Shown here: in pieces, positions 1 to 12,030 of the stretch
How positions within the stretch are numbered: position 1 is the first letter of the stretch
How the letters are laid out: the number at the start of each line of letters is the position of its first letter
From: Mobula hypostoma
Taxonomy: Eukaryota
Direction of reading: 5' to 3'
Length of the DNA: 64,000 nucleotides
Assembly: GCF_963921235.1 (NCBI RefSeq)
Contig: NC_086097.1
Span: 77,254,001-77,318,000, forward strand
The notes under the pieces: generated by a model
What the model was told of the DNA's origin: nothing
Seen by the model: only the letters and a program-made list of their open reading frames with translations
Databases searched by the model: none
Made by a program: the position numbers and the translations under genes

Positions 1-330
1 GCTCCTGACTTTATGAATGAGCATACCACAAGGAACCTTGTCAAATATCTTAGTGAACCACATCCACCGCTCTGCCTTCATTAAGTAGTTTTGGCACTTC
101 CTCATAAAAGTCAATAAGCATGTGAGATACGACCTGCCCCTCAAAATACCATGCTGACTATCTCTAATCAGACTATGCTTCTACAAATGCTTACAAATCT
201 TGTTTCTAAGAATTTTCTCCAGTAGCTTGCCCACCACTGATGTAAGATGCACTGGTCTATAATTCCTAGGGTTACTCTTATTACCTTTTTTTAAACAAAG
301 GAATAACATTTGCCATCCTCCAGTCTTCTG
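1..330 (-). mobile_element. CR1 LINE RT fragment (degenerate)
   Basis: The reverse complement resembles CR1 ORF2 from the PEDWR/PGNYRPV region to the FDKVP region, as in the better-preserved CR1 copies in this window. Confidence 0.7.
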
Positions 331-691
331 GAGTTATATTGCAGATATGAATTCAACCAAGAGCCAGTTTTCAGTTGTTAATGTAAATTGCAAGTGGAAA
401 TCAATTTGTTGTTAAAAGGACAGCTTTGTAAACATGACTGCCTTCAGTGCATAGGCTGCAGGTAAACAGCAGGAGGCTGGCTGTTCAAGAGATACGGCTT
501 GCAAAGTGATGTGACCAAGAGACTTTCTCATATACTTCACCCAAATGTAAGACAATGAGATTAACGGGTCTATAACAAATCAGGCAACAATGGCTAAGTT
601 ATATGCACCATTGTGAATGAGCTCATGAAAGCTTGAAGATCGTACTGATTTAGTTACAGGTAGATTGATATATTTTATCAATCAACAGTAG

Positions 692-1096
692 TGTTGCAAT
701 GAGTGAATGAAGCGAACGCAAGTGCAGGACACAGGCACGGAGATTGAGTTCGGATGCTTATGCGGACGTGAACGCTGAACAGCAAACAGGAGGGATTTGA
801 ACTTGGAGCCTTGACACAGAGAGATGGAGTTTCATAGGTAAACCTTGAAACTGGAGCAAAACTTAGAACATATGGTCCTAAGCAGCTGGGAAACATTAAT
901 TACCACACCAGCAAGACCAACGATCTGACAACTAGTGGTTGTAATGCCAGGGTTCTTATGCTGCAGGTCTTGATGGAAACCAGGTGTGCCATCATCAAAG
1001 AGAATTAGAAGCAAATGGGAATTTAACGGTCGGAACCGTGGCACAATCAAAGGAAATTAGGAGAAAGATAGGGAATTAATGATCGGGACCGTGACA
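692..1096 (-). repeat. 3' LTR of Gypsy element 1 (405 bp)
   Basis: TGTTGCAATGAG...CCGTGACA on the + strand; aligns with 5447-5676 at roughly 10% mismatch by manual count. Confidence 0.93.
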
Positions 1097-1113
1097 GAAC
1101 CCCCTCCCCCCTC
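1097..1113 (-). other. Polypurine tract of Gypsy element 1
   Basis: The minus strand reads GAGGGGGGAGGGGGTTC directly before the TG of the 3' LTR. Confidence 0.85.
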
Positions 1114-1119
1114 AACGGG

Positions 1120-4100
1120 AGCCTCCAGGTGAACCACCAGGCTTGTCTGGATTGTGTCGACGGAAATCACGGATGAGGGAAGGGTCCAGGATGAAGGAGT
1201 GGGTAATCTAGGTGCGTTCCTCTGGGCCATATACCTCCCAATCGACCAGGTACTGGAGACCCTGTCTCGGCAGTGCACATCCAGTATTCGCCGGACAGTG
1301 TAAGCTGGGTAGTCGTCAATGATCTGGGCAGGTGGAGGGGGTTCAGCAGGAGGGCACAAGGGGCTGACAGATACAGGTTTCAATTGGGAGACGTGGAATG
1401 TGGGACGAATGTGCATGGATCTGGGCAGTTTGAGTCTGATCACCGAGGTGTTGATGACACTCTCAATCTCGAATGGTCCCAGGTAGCGAGGAGCGAGGAG
1501 CGAGTTTCTTGGGTTCATTCTTGAGGGGGATGTCTCTTGAAGAGAGCCAAACCTTCTGCCCAGGCTGATAATTTGGTGCAGGAATTTGATGGCGATCGGC
1601 AATCCTCGGTTGCGGTCAGCTGAGCGGAGCAGGGTCGCGCATGCATCCTTCCTGACCTTGCGTCACTGACGGAGATGGGTCTGAACAGAAGGCACAGCAA
1701 TGTCGTCTTCATGTGCGGGAAACAGAGGGGGTTGGTAACTGAGGGAGCATTCGAAGGGAGACAATCCGGTGGTGGTGCTGATCAGGGAGTTGTGGGCATA
1801 CTCCACCCAAACAAGATGGGTGCTCCAGGATGATGGGTTGTTGGCGGTTATGCAGCACAGTTCTGCTTCAAAATCCTGGTTTGCTCGTTCTGTTTGACCA
1901 TTAGTCTGCGGATGGAAGCCGGAAGACAGGTTTGCTGAGACTCTGAGTGCTTGAAAAATGGATCTTCAGATTTGAGAGATGAATTGGGGACCCTAGTCAG
2001 AAATAATGTCAGAGGGAATACCATGAAGGTGGAAGACATGATGAACAAGGAGGTCGGCTGTCTCATGGGCTGTAGGGAGTTTGGGAAGGGCTACGAAGTG
2101 CACAGCTTTGGGGAAGCGATCCACCACGGTGAGTACGGCTGTGTTCCCACGTGAAGGGGATAGTCTAGTCACAAAATCCAGCACAATGTGAGACCGGGAC
2201 GGCTAGGGACAGGTAGGGGTCGAAGCAGCCCAGCAGGTGGTCGGTGAGAGGCTTTTCCACAGAACAGGCTGAGACGAAGGAACGGATGTCCGGGTCCATG
2301 GAGGGCCACCAGAAATGCCTCTTTAGAAGGGACAGAGTTCGATCGATTCCGGGATGGCAGGCGAAATGAGAAGTATGCCCCCACTGGAGAACCTGAGATG
2401 GAACCGAGTCAGGCACGAAGAGATGATTGGAGTCAGGTTGAGTCCGTTGGGCCTCTTTGACTATGGATTCGATCTCCCAGGTGAGGGTAGCCACTACACA
2501 GGATGGTGGAAGGATGGTCTTGGGGTTGGGAAGGCCCTCCTTGGAGACATATTGATGGGAGAGAGTATCGGACTTCCGGTTCTTGGAACCAGGACAAGAG
2601 GTGAGTGTGAATCTGAAACGGCCAAAAAATAATGCCCAACGGGCTTGGCGGGAATTCAGTCATTTCGTGGTTTGGATGTATGCAAGATTCTTGTGATCTG
2701 TCCAGACGATGAATGGATGTTCATCTCCCTCCAGCCAGTGCCTCCACTCCTCCAAAGCGAGTTTGACAGTCAGTAACTTCCAGTTCCCTATGTCGTAGTT
2801 CAGTTCGGCGGGGGATTGCTGGTGAGAAAAGAAGGCGCAGAGATGGAGTTTCTGGTCTGGGCCGCAGTGTTGGGAGAGGACCGCTCCCACCCAGAGTCGG
2901 AGGCGTTGACTTCCTTAATGAATTGGTGAGAGGGGTCAGGTTGGACCAGGATGGGAGCGGAGGTGAAACGCCTCTTCAGCTCCGAGAAGGCTGAGACCGC
3001 TTCGGGGTCCCAGTGAAAAGGGGTCATAAGAGAGGTGAGTCGAGTAAGGGGCACTGCCACCCGGCTGTAATCCCTGATGAAGCAATGATAGAAGTTTGCG
3101 AACCCCAGAAATCGCTGGAGTTGCTTGAATGTCATGGGTTTTGGCCACTCTGCCACCTCCTGGATCTTTTTGCCCGCTCTCGATGATGTACCCTAAGAAA
3201 CTGACAGAAGGGACATGAAACTTGCACTTCTCAGCCTTCACAAATAGTTTGATTTCCCAAAGCCTCTGCAGAATCTGACGGACATGGTGGGTGTGTTCCT
3301 GAAGACTGTGGGAGAAGATTAAGATGTCGTCCAAATAAAAAATAATGAAGCAGTTAATAAAGTCCCTAGGGACATCGTTTATCAGGGCTTAGTGGACAGC
3401 GGGGGCATTGGTGAGACCGAATGTCATGACCAAGTATTCGAAGTGACTAAGAGGGGTGTTAAAAGCTGTTTTCCACTCATCTCCCTCCCTTATCCTGACC
3501 AGGTGGTAGGCACTTCGTAGGTCCAACTTAGAGAAGAAGGTGGCTTCGTGAAGGGGTTCGAAAGCAGAGTTGATAAGGGGCAGTGGATACTTTTTCTTTA
3601 CGGTTATGCTATTCAGGCCCCGGTAGTCAATGCAGGGGCGCAGTGAGCCATCTTTCTTCCCCACAAAGAAGAAAGCTGCACCTACAGGGGAAGGTGAGGG
3701 TCAGATAATGCCCGACGCGAGAGAGTCATTTAAGTAAGCCTCCATTGCTTCCCTTTCTGGTCGGGGCAGGTTATACAGCCGACTGGTGGGTAGAGGGGCT
3801 CCAGGGAGAAGGTCAATTGCACAATCATAAGGGCAGTGTGGAGGCAGGGAAAGAACCCGTTGTTTGCTAAACACTTCTCCCAGATGGTGATACTCTGCTG
3901 GAACCTTGGATAAGTTGGGGGTTTCAGCAGCAGACGAGGTGGTGGTGACTTTCACAGGGGAAAAGGCCGATTGTAGACAGGTGGAGTGACAGAACGGACT
4001 TCAGCTGACTATCTTCCCGGTGGACCAGTCAATGTGGGGATTATGGCGGCTTAACCAGGAGTACCCAAGAACTATAGGAGCTTGAGGAGAGGAAATTAGG

Positions 4101-4400
4101 TTAAATCGTACCTGTTCCCGATGGTTCCCGGAAAGAATAAGAGGCAGGTGTGGTGTGCAGTGTGTGACTCAGGCCAGGAGTCTACCATCCAGTGCCGGGC
4201 TTCCAGAGGGGTACTCAACGGCTCCCGAGGAATTCTGGCCTGGGAAGCTATGTTTTCATCCAAAAAGTTTCCCTCAGCGCTGGAGTCCACTGGAGCTGAC
4301 AGAGGCAGGGACTGTTGGTTGTAACGTAAAGTAGCTTGGATCTGCATCCGGGTTCGGGGGACGGAAGGGAATGTCGTCTGGCTCACCAGGGCCCCCTTTT
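1120..4400 (-). pseudogene. pol: Gypsy pol (PR-RT-RNaseH-integrase-chromodomain), frameshifted and with stops
   Basis: ORF fragments: PR 'PVDSSAEGNFLD'; RT '[16 protein letters not shown]...LDLRSAYH...FGLTNAP' and YLDD near 3325-3336; RH 'EVNASDSG' and 'WTDHKNL'; IN 'HPGIDRT', 'VVDRFPK' and 'IISD'; GPY/F 'PRYLGPF'; chromodomain 'YTVRRILD'. Confidence 0.93.
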
Positions 4401-5430
4401 CATTGGTGAGCCTTCTCCTTTGGTCGAAGGGGAACAGGTAGCACAGAAGTGGCTGAACTGGCCGCAGTAGAGACACTCCCCCGCTGTCAATCTCTGGAGT
4501 TGCTCTGTGGGAGAAAGACCGTTCCATCCCAGCTGCATGGGTTCGCCTCCTGGGGTGGTGGAGACAGCTGGGCTGGGAGCTATTCTAGGAGCAGGGAGAA
4601 GAGAGGCTTGTGCTGGTGGGAGACGGTAATGAGTGCCGTTGAGTGGCCAAAGGTGGTGGATGACTAATTCTTTCCCTATGGTGGTCTCAAAGACGATTGT
4701 CCAATCTGGTGGCTAGGGAGATCAAGGAATTCAGGCTATCGGTGTAGTCTCTTGCCGCCAACTCGTCTTTCACCATGTCGCTAAGACCATTCCGAAATAC
4801 CCCTTGAAGTGCCTCATCGTTCCACCCCGAGTCAGCCGTTAATGTACGGAACTCCACGGAATATTGGGCAACACTGTGTGAGCCCTAACAGGGAGTGAGT
4901 AGATACTTAGCGGCATCTTTACCATGGATGGAGTGTCAAAGATCTTTCTCATTTCCGCGATAAAGGTGGGGAAAGAAGAGCAGATATCCGGTTGGTTTTC
5001 CCAAACAGCTGTAGCCCACGCTAAGGCACTTCCCTACAACAACCCCATGATATAAGCTATCATTGATATCCGTGGAGTATGTAGATAACTGCTGTTGGAA
5101 CATCAAGGAGCATTGCAGAAGGAAGGCCCGGCACTTCCCCAAATCCCCAGCGTAGTGTTCTGGTTCTGGTACGTGCAGCTCTCTTGGTGGGGGTGTTGCT
5201 GACATGTAGGGGGTTGCCACTACAGGCTGTCTCGGCTGGTTAGACAGAGTTCCAGGAGTGGATGGGGTAAAATGAGTGGATACATGGTCCACCTGGCCAC
5301 CGATCTTTATTACATTAGCAGATGGGGAACGGAGGTTCTCCATAACCTGGAGAAGCTGATCGTGCAGACCCAGTAGGGAGCCCTGACTGGTGAGGGCTTG
5401 TTGCAGGGTATTCGTGTCCGCTGGGTCCAT
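4400..5430 (-). pseudogene. gag: Gypsy gag (sushi/PEG10-like) with CCHC knuckle
   Basis: Starts MDPADTNTL at 5430. Contains 'PEPEHYAGDLGKCRAFLLQCSL', typical of sushi-type capsid, and CLYCGQFSHFCATC (CX2CX4HX4C) near 4430-4480. Disrupted. Confidence 0.88.
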
Positions 5431-5446
5431 TGTGGCCAGATCGTTC

Positions 5447-5676
5447 TGTTGCAATGAGCAGATGAAGCGAACCCAAGTGCAGGACACAGGCACGGAGATT
5501 GAGTTCGGATGCATACGCGGATGTGAATGTTGAACAGAAAACAGGAGGAATCTGGTCACGAAGCCTTGACACAGAGAGATGGCATTTCATAGGTAAACCT
5601 TGAAACTGGAGCAAAACTTAAAACACACGGTCCTAAGCAGCCGGGAAACATTAATTACACGATTGGGACTGTGACA
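5447..5676 (-). repeat. 5' LTR of Gypsy element 1, internally deleted (230 bp)
   Basis: Matches 692-~903, then jumps to the last ~16 bp of the other LTR (GATTGGGACTGTGACA vs GATCGGGACCGTGACA). Confidence 0.92.
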
Positions 5677-5961
5677 AGTTGGAATATCTGTACAGTCATA
5701 GAATCAGTTCACACAACATTAATGTTGGGTTGTAGCGTGGAAACAGACTCATGGATTTGGTGAGTGAGACAGAAAACACTGAATACAAATAAGCATATGA
5801 ATCATTTATTTACAAACAGTAAAAGGTTTGAACAAACATCTAAGCTCCACCAAGTTATACAAACTATAAAACTAGATATTCAACAAATAGACACTTAGTG
5901 GCATCTTTACCATGGATAGGGTGTCAAAGATCTTTCTAAAAGATACTAAAAGTGCACATGG

Positions 5962-8490
5962 AGCATAACATAAGACACAGGAGCAGAATTAGGCCATTTG
6001 GCCCATTGAGTCTGCTCCACCATACAATTATAGCTGATCCTTTTTTCCCCTCCTCAGCCCCTTCTCCAATCAAGCTCTGGCTTAAGTACACCAAACAACC
6101 TACCCTCCACAGATGCCAGTGGTAGGTAATAAATTCCACAAATTAACCACCCTCTGGCTAAAGAAATTTCTCCGCATCTCTGTTTTAAAATGACGCCCCT
6201 TTATTCTGAGGCTGTACCTTCTTTTTCTAGGCTGTGCAACCATGAGAAACATCCATTCCACATTTACACTGTCTAGGCCTTTCAACGTTTGAAAGATTTC
6301 AATGAGATCCCCCCTCATCCTTCTAAATTCCAGCGAGTACAGACCTAGAGCTGTCAAATGTTCCTCTTATGATAACCCTTTCATTCCTGGAATCATCCTC
6401 ATGAACCTCCTCTGAACCCTCTCCAATGCCAACATATCTTTTCTTAGATGAGGAGCTTAAAACTGTTCACAATACTCAAGGTGAGGCCTCACCAATGCCT
6501 TACATCCTCAGCATTACATCCCTGCTGTTGTATTCTGGACCTCTTGAAATGAATGATAACATTGCAGTTGCCTTCCTTACCACCAGCTCTACCTGCAAGT
6601 TAATCTTTAGGTTGTTCTGCACAAAGATTCCCAAGTCCCTTTGCGTCTCAGATTTTTGGATTTTCTCCTCATTTCGAAAATAGTCTGCACATTTATTTCT
6701 ACTACCATAGTGTGTGACCATGCATTTTCTAAAATTGTATTTCATTTTCCACTCTCTTGCCTATTCCCCTAATCTGTCTAAGTTTGCAGCCTACCTGTTT
6801 CCTCAACACTACCCACCCCTCTATCAATCTTCATATCATCTGAAAACTTGGCAACAAAGCCATCTATTCCATCATCTAAGTCATTGATATGCAGCATAAA
6901 AAGAAGTGGTCCCAACACCAGGAGCTGTAGAACACCATTGGTCACTGGCAGTCAACCAGAAAAGGATCCTTTTATTCCCATTCGGTATCTTCTACCAATC
7001 AGCGAATGCTCTAACCATGCCAGTAAGTTTCCTGTAATACCATGGGCTCAACTTGGTAAGCACCCTCATGTATGACACCTTGTCAAAGGCCTTCTGAAAG
7101 TCCAAATATACAACATCCACTGCATCACCGTTATCTATCCAACTTGTAATCTCCTCAAAGAATTCCAACAGATTTGTCAGGCAGGATTTTCCCTGAAGGA
7201 GACCATACTGACTTTGTTCTATCTTGTCATGTGTCACCAAGTACTCCATCACCTCGTCCTTAACAATTGACTCTAACATCTTCCCAACCACTGAGGTCAG
7301 GCTAACTGGTCCATAATTTCCTTTCTGCTGCCTTCCTCCTTTCTTCAAGAGTGGAGTGACATTTGCAATGTTCCAGTCCTCTGGCATCATGCCAGACTCT
7401 AATGATTTTTGAAAGTTCATTACTAATGCCTCCACATTCTCTACCGCTACCTCTTTCAGAACCTAGGATGCAGTTCACCTGGTCCGGGTGACTAATGTAC
7501 GCTTTGGTCTTTCAGCTTTTAGAGCACCTTCTCACTTGTAGTAGTAACTGCATTCACTTCTCCTTCACACCCTTCAACATCTGGAACACTGTTAGTGTCT
7601 TCCACAGTGAAGACTGATGCAAAATCATCATTTAGCTCATCTGCCATCTCCTTGTCCCCCGTTAGTATTTCTCTGACCTCATTTCTAGCAGTCCTATATC
7701 CACTCTCATCTCTCTTTTATTTTTCACATATTTGAAAATGTTTTTACTATTCACTTTGATATTGTTTGCTAGCTTGCTTTCATTTTTCATCTTTTCCCTC
7801 CTAGTGATTCTTTTAGTTGCTCTCTGTCGGGTTTTAAAAGCTTCCCAATCATCTCTCTTCCCGCCAATTTTTGCTTTGCTGTATACCATCTCTTTTGCTT
7901 TTGCATTTGCTTTGACTTCCCTTGTCAGCCACAGTTGTACTATTTCGCCATTTGAGTATTTCTTTGTTTTTGGAATATATCTATTCTGCACCTTCCTCAT
8001 TTTCCCCAAAAATTCACACCATTGCTGCTCTGCTGTTAGCCATGTCAACATCTTCCAGTTAGCTTTGGCCAACTCCTCTCTCATAGCACTGTAATTTCTT
8101 TTACTCCTCTGAAATACTGCTACGTCAGACTTTATTTTCCCCCTATCAAATTTCAAGTTGAACTCAATCATATTGTGAACACTGCCTGCTAAGGTTTCTT
8201 TTACCTTAAGCTCCCTCATCACCTCTGGTTCATTACAAGACACCCGATCCAGTATAACTGATCTCCTAGTAGGTTTAACGGCAGACTGCTCTAAAAAGCC
8301 ATCTCATAGGCATTCAACAAACTCACTCTCTTGAGATCCATTTCTAACCTCATTTTCCCAATGGACATGCATGTTGATATTTCCCATGACTTTCATAACA
8401 TTGCCCTTTTAACATGCCTTTTCTATTTCCTGTTGTAATCTGTGGCCCATATCCCAGCTACTGTTGGGAGGCCTGTATATAATTGCCACC
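5962..8490 (-). mobile_element. CR1 LINE, 5'-truncated and decayed (part of EN, RT, 3' tail)
   Basis: ORFs give 'IYRPPNS', 'PEDWNIANVTPLLKKGGRQQKGNYGPVSLTSVVGKMLE...YLDFQKAFDKV' and 'LGLYSLEFRRMRGDLIE'. 3' tail reads CATAACATAAGACACAGGAGCAGAATTAGGCCAT on +. Confidence 0.92.
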
Positions 8491-9174
8491 AGTTTCCTTC
8501 CCAATGGTTCTGTGAAGTATGCCCTGCAGACAAAAGGATAGAAAGAGAGCAAGTCTCCCACACATGCTATTTTATAACCCTCCCCCCACAAGGCGCCTGG
8601 AACTAGAAGTTGCTATTGTGGCTCACAAGGTAATCAATGGGAAGAGCTGCTAAAGTTTGTAAACGGACCAATCAATGTTCGACATGGCAGCGGCTTTCGA
8701 CTGGCAAATAAGCCACATTCCCACACGATGAAGATGTCTGGAATCTCTGTCTTCAGGAGATTTTAGATCATCCATGTGAATTACTTCGTCCCAGCAAAGG
8801 CGTCACCCATTGCAGATATATAACTCAAAGGAAGTAATGTCAGTCTCAAAATTTTGAAGTAAACAATGTCATTGTAACAATTGAAACTTTATTGCATCAC
8901 TTGCTATTAGCTTTGATCTTAAGAGTATAAAACCTTATGTCATTTGAGTTTTTCGGTCTCCACTGAGATGGTTTCCAGGAGAATGCTTGTATGTCGTCAT
9001 TTTCAATGTCTGTTGAGTGACTGAGATCTCAGGTATGACTGTGGATGCCGGTGACACTGGCAAATGCAGCATTTCAGCCCTTTCAGAATATTCTTGATGT
9101 GTCAATTGCATGAATCACAAATCTGTTGGATCAAAGTACTCCATGAGGCAGTTAGAAAATTCAGCGAGTACAAC

Positions 9175-9500
9175 AGAGGGGCAGCAACTGCTGAGCTTCT
9201 ACTTCCCAATTCCAACAGTCTGGGTTCAATCCTAGTTTCTGGTGCTGTCTGTGTGGAGAATGCAAGTTCTCCCTGTGACTGTCTGGGTCTCCTCTGGATG
9301 TGAGAGGTTCCTCCCACATCCCAAAGATGTACAGTTTGGTAGACTAATTGTCTGTTGTAAATCCACTGCCCACCATGTGCAGAATCTTGTGGGGGTGAAT
9401 CTTGTTAAAATGGGTTAGCATAGGATCAGTGTGAAAATGGATACTCAATGGCCAGTGTGGATTTGATGGACAGAAGGCCAATATCTCTCTATGACTCTAT
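9175..9500 (+). mobile_element. HE1/V-SINE-like tRNA-derived SINE
   Basis: B-box-like GGGTTCAATCC, central 'GTCTGTGTGGAG...TTCCTCCCACATCCCAAAGATGT' domain, and a CR1-like tail ending CTCTATGACTCTAT. Confidence 0.75.
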
Positions 9501-9902
9501 TGGCTGGTGCTTTTCATTACACACGTTATTTTGGAGGTAGATGTCACAGGCAATGTAGAACACATACATGTATAATGTTATATGGCATATTGTGATGACA
9601 CAGTGCTAATGGAAGTGAATGTTTACAGTGATGGGCATTGTGTCCACAAAGCAGGCAATATTTATTTTGAACTGCAATGAGCATTTTGAATATTGTTGAG
9701 GCTCCACTAACCTATACATTCTGTTACATTCCTAATATACCTTTAGATGGTGAAAAGAAGGGAGTAACACCCCCAAAATACTTATTTTTTTTCTTGATCT
9801 TACAGTCAGAGTAGTTATGTGACTCGGCCAATAAATCAGTGATGCATTGTGATAGAATTGGCAATAGCCCATGAAAGTTTGAAATAATGAAATAGCTTGA
9901 TT

Positions 9903-9937
9903 GTTCTGATGAAAGGTCCTTGACCTGAAACATCAAC
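9903..9937 (+). ncRNA. Minimal type I hammerhead ribozyme motif in a Penelope-derived repeat
   Basis: GTT-CTGATGA-A-AGGTC(CTT)GACCT-GAAA-C-ATC-AAC: intact core, 5-bp stem II, 3-bp stem I and an AUC triplet. Confidence 0.6.
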
Positions 9938-11825
9938 TCCAATTCTTTCTCCCCAGATTCTGCTGAATGTTCATATTGAGCACATATACTGTAAATCACG
10001 AAATTTGTAGTGCTTGTAACAGAGAGACTTTAACCTACATGTAGATTAGACAAGTCAAATAATGGGGCAACAAGTGGAAAAAGAATTTGTGACATGTGTA
10101 CAGAAGATATTGAGAAACCAAACGGGAGAAAGATTATTTTGGATCTGGTACTATATAATCTTGTTGTAGAGATCTTACCTGAAGATTGACTATAATATGA
10201 CAGAGTTTTACAGTGAATCTGGAAAAGATGTACACTTTAATTCAAAACCATTGTTTTCAATCTAAGGAGGAAACTAAAAAGTATGAGAGTTGAATTGGCT
10301 GTGATTGGTTAAGAGCATTGAAGAATATTCCTGTAGACAGACAATGATAGGAATTCAAAAATATAACATATGACTGCAAAAAAAAAATCCTTTGAAGTAC
10401 GTGATCCCAACTGGAAATGCGAGGCATCCATAGATGGCAGGAAGAATTGAACATAGTATTAAAGGAAGATAAGGCAGGTGCAGGAGCTCAGCTCAGCGTT
10501 AAACTTATTATCAACATGCGTGTATGTTACTACATTCTACATTGAGATTCCTTTTTTTGCAGTCATTTACAGGTAAAAAGAAATATAATAATATTTTATG
10601 AAAAACTATACATAAATAGACAAAGACTGACAAACAACTAATGTTCAAAAGAAGACAAACTGTGCAAAGAAAAATAGTACTGAGAACATAAGCTGCAGTG
10701 TTTTTGAAAATGAATCTGTAGGTCATTGAATCAATTTAGAGTAGTAATGAATGAAGTTATCCATGCTGCTTTGAGAGCCTGATGAATGTAGGGTATTAAC
10801 TGTTCCTGAACCTGGTGCTGTGGGACCTAAGACCTGTGTACTTATTGCCCAACGGTAGCAATGAGAAGAGGGCTTGGCCTGGATAGTGGGAGTCCTTGAT
10901 GATGAATGGTGCTTTGTTGTGGCAGCGCTCCATGTAAGTGTACTCAATGGTGGTGTGGCCTGTGGTGGATTGGGTTATCCATCACTTTTGGTAGTATTTT
11001 CCATTCTTGATATTGATGTTTACATACCAAAGGTTCAAAGTACATTTATTATCAAAGTATGTGTGAGGTATGCTACCCTGAGATTCGTATTCCCCACAGA
11101 AAACCATGGAGCAAAGAAAACTATGGAACCTGTTCAAAGAGAAACTGCAACTACCCTCCCCAATGCGCAAAAAAAAAGCCAAAAAACACAGAATATAAAA
11201 ACACAAAATCGAAAAGAGTCAAGGCATGTTCGGTTCAGCTCAGTGTTCGTTAACTGCAAGGCGCCCAAATTCAAAGTCACCCAAATTAGAAACATAAAAA
11301 AGATTGACCAGAAAAAAGAAGAACAACATAACATGAACTATAGAGTTCAATCCACAAACTGCATTGATTAATCCTTGTCCAAGAACTCCAGCACCATCCT
11401 ACGACAGAAATAAGGGAGGGAGAGAGAGAGAGGGACCATTCGAACACAGGGACCTCCCTTTGGGAGCAGTGAGTGAGAGGGAGAGAGATACCATCACACA
11501 CAGGCACCTTCCTCTGGGAGCAGCAAGCAAGAGGCAGGTAGACAGTGCAGAACACCCCCTTGCCTTCTGCACTCGCCTTGATGATTTCAATCTTCCTCAG
11601 CACTTTAACTGGTGAGATTGGTGAGAAATGGAGTTGATCATGGGCTTGCACCCCATCTCCAGGCTTCTTGGCCTTCATTCAAAGCCCCCTGGAACACCCT
11701 TGGAGCCAGCAAAGCACCAGATCACACAATCAGTCCAATAACATAGCAACAACATGTAGTTCACAGGCTTCAACTGTAGCAGAACCACATTTGAAAGAAA
11801 AAGAAGACATAAAAGAAGTGAAAGA

Positions 11826-12030
11826 TACACTCACAACACGCTGGAGGAACTCAGCAGGTTGGGCAGCATCCGTGGAAAAGATCGGTCGATGTTTCGGGCC
11901 GGAACCCTTCGTCAGGACTTCCGGCCGGAAACGTCGATCGATCTTTTCCACAGATGCTGCCGACCTGCTGAGTTCCTCTAGCGCGTTGTGAATGTTGTTT
12001 TGACCCCAGCATCTGCAGATTATTTTGTGT
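11826..12030. mobile_element. Palindromic Penelope-derived insert (205 bp) with 14-bp TSD
   Basis: Flanked by AAAGAAGTGAAAGA at 11812-11825 and 12031-12044. The two arms are inverted copies of the Penelope terminal repeat. Confidence 0.85.
11885..11918 (-). ncRNA. Minimal hammerhead ribozyme motif
   Basis: Minus strand GTC-CTGACGA-A-GGGT(TCCG)GCCC-GAAA-C-ATC-GAC. Confidence 0.6.

Larger units (their letters stand above)
692..5676 (-). mobile_element. Full-length decayed Ty3/Gypsy chromovirus (Tf1/sushi-like) LTR retrotransposon
   Basis: Two related LTRs with TG...CA ends (692-1096 and 5447-5676). Flanks AGTAG (687-691) and AGTTG (5677-5681) form a 5-bp TSD with one mismatch. A PPT lies next to the 3' LTR. 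Domain order is gag-PR-RT-RH-IN-chromodomain. Confidence 0.95.

Noticed and set aside
4400..5430. Domesticated PEG10/RTL-like gag gene (also 48500-49400)
   Set aside because: Both gags are frameshifted or contain stops and lie inside LTR-bounded elements.
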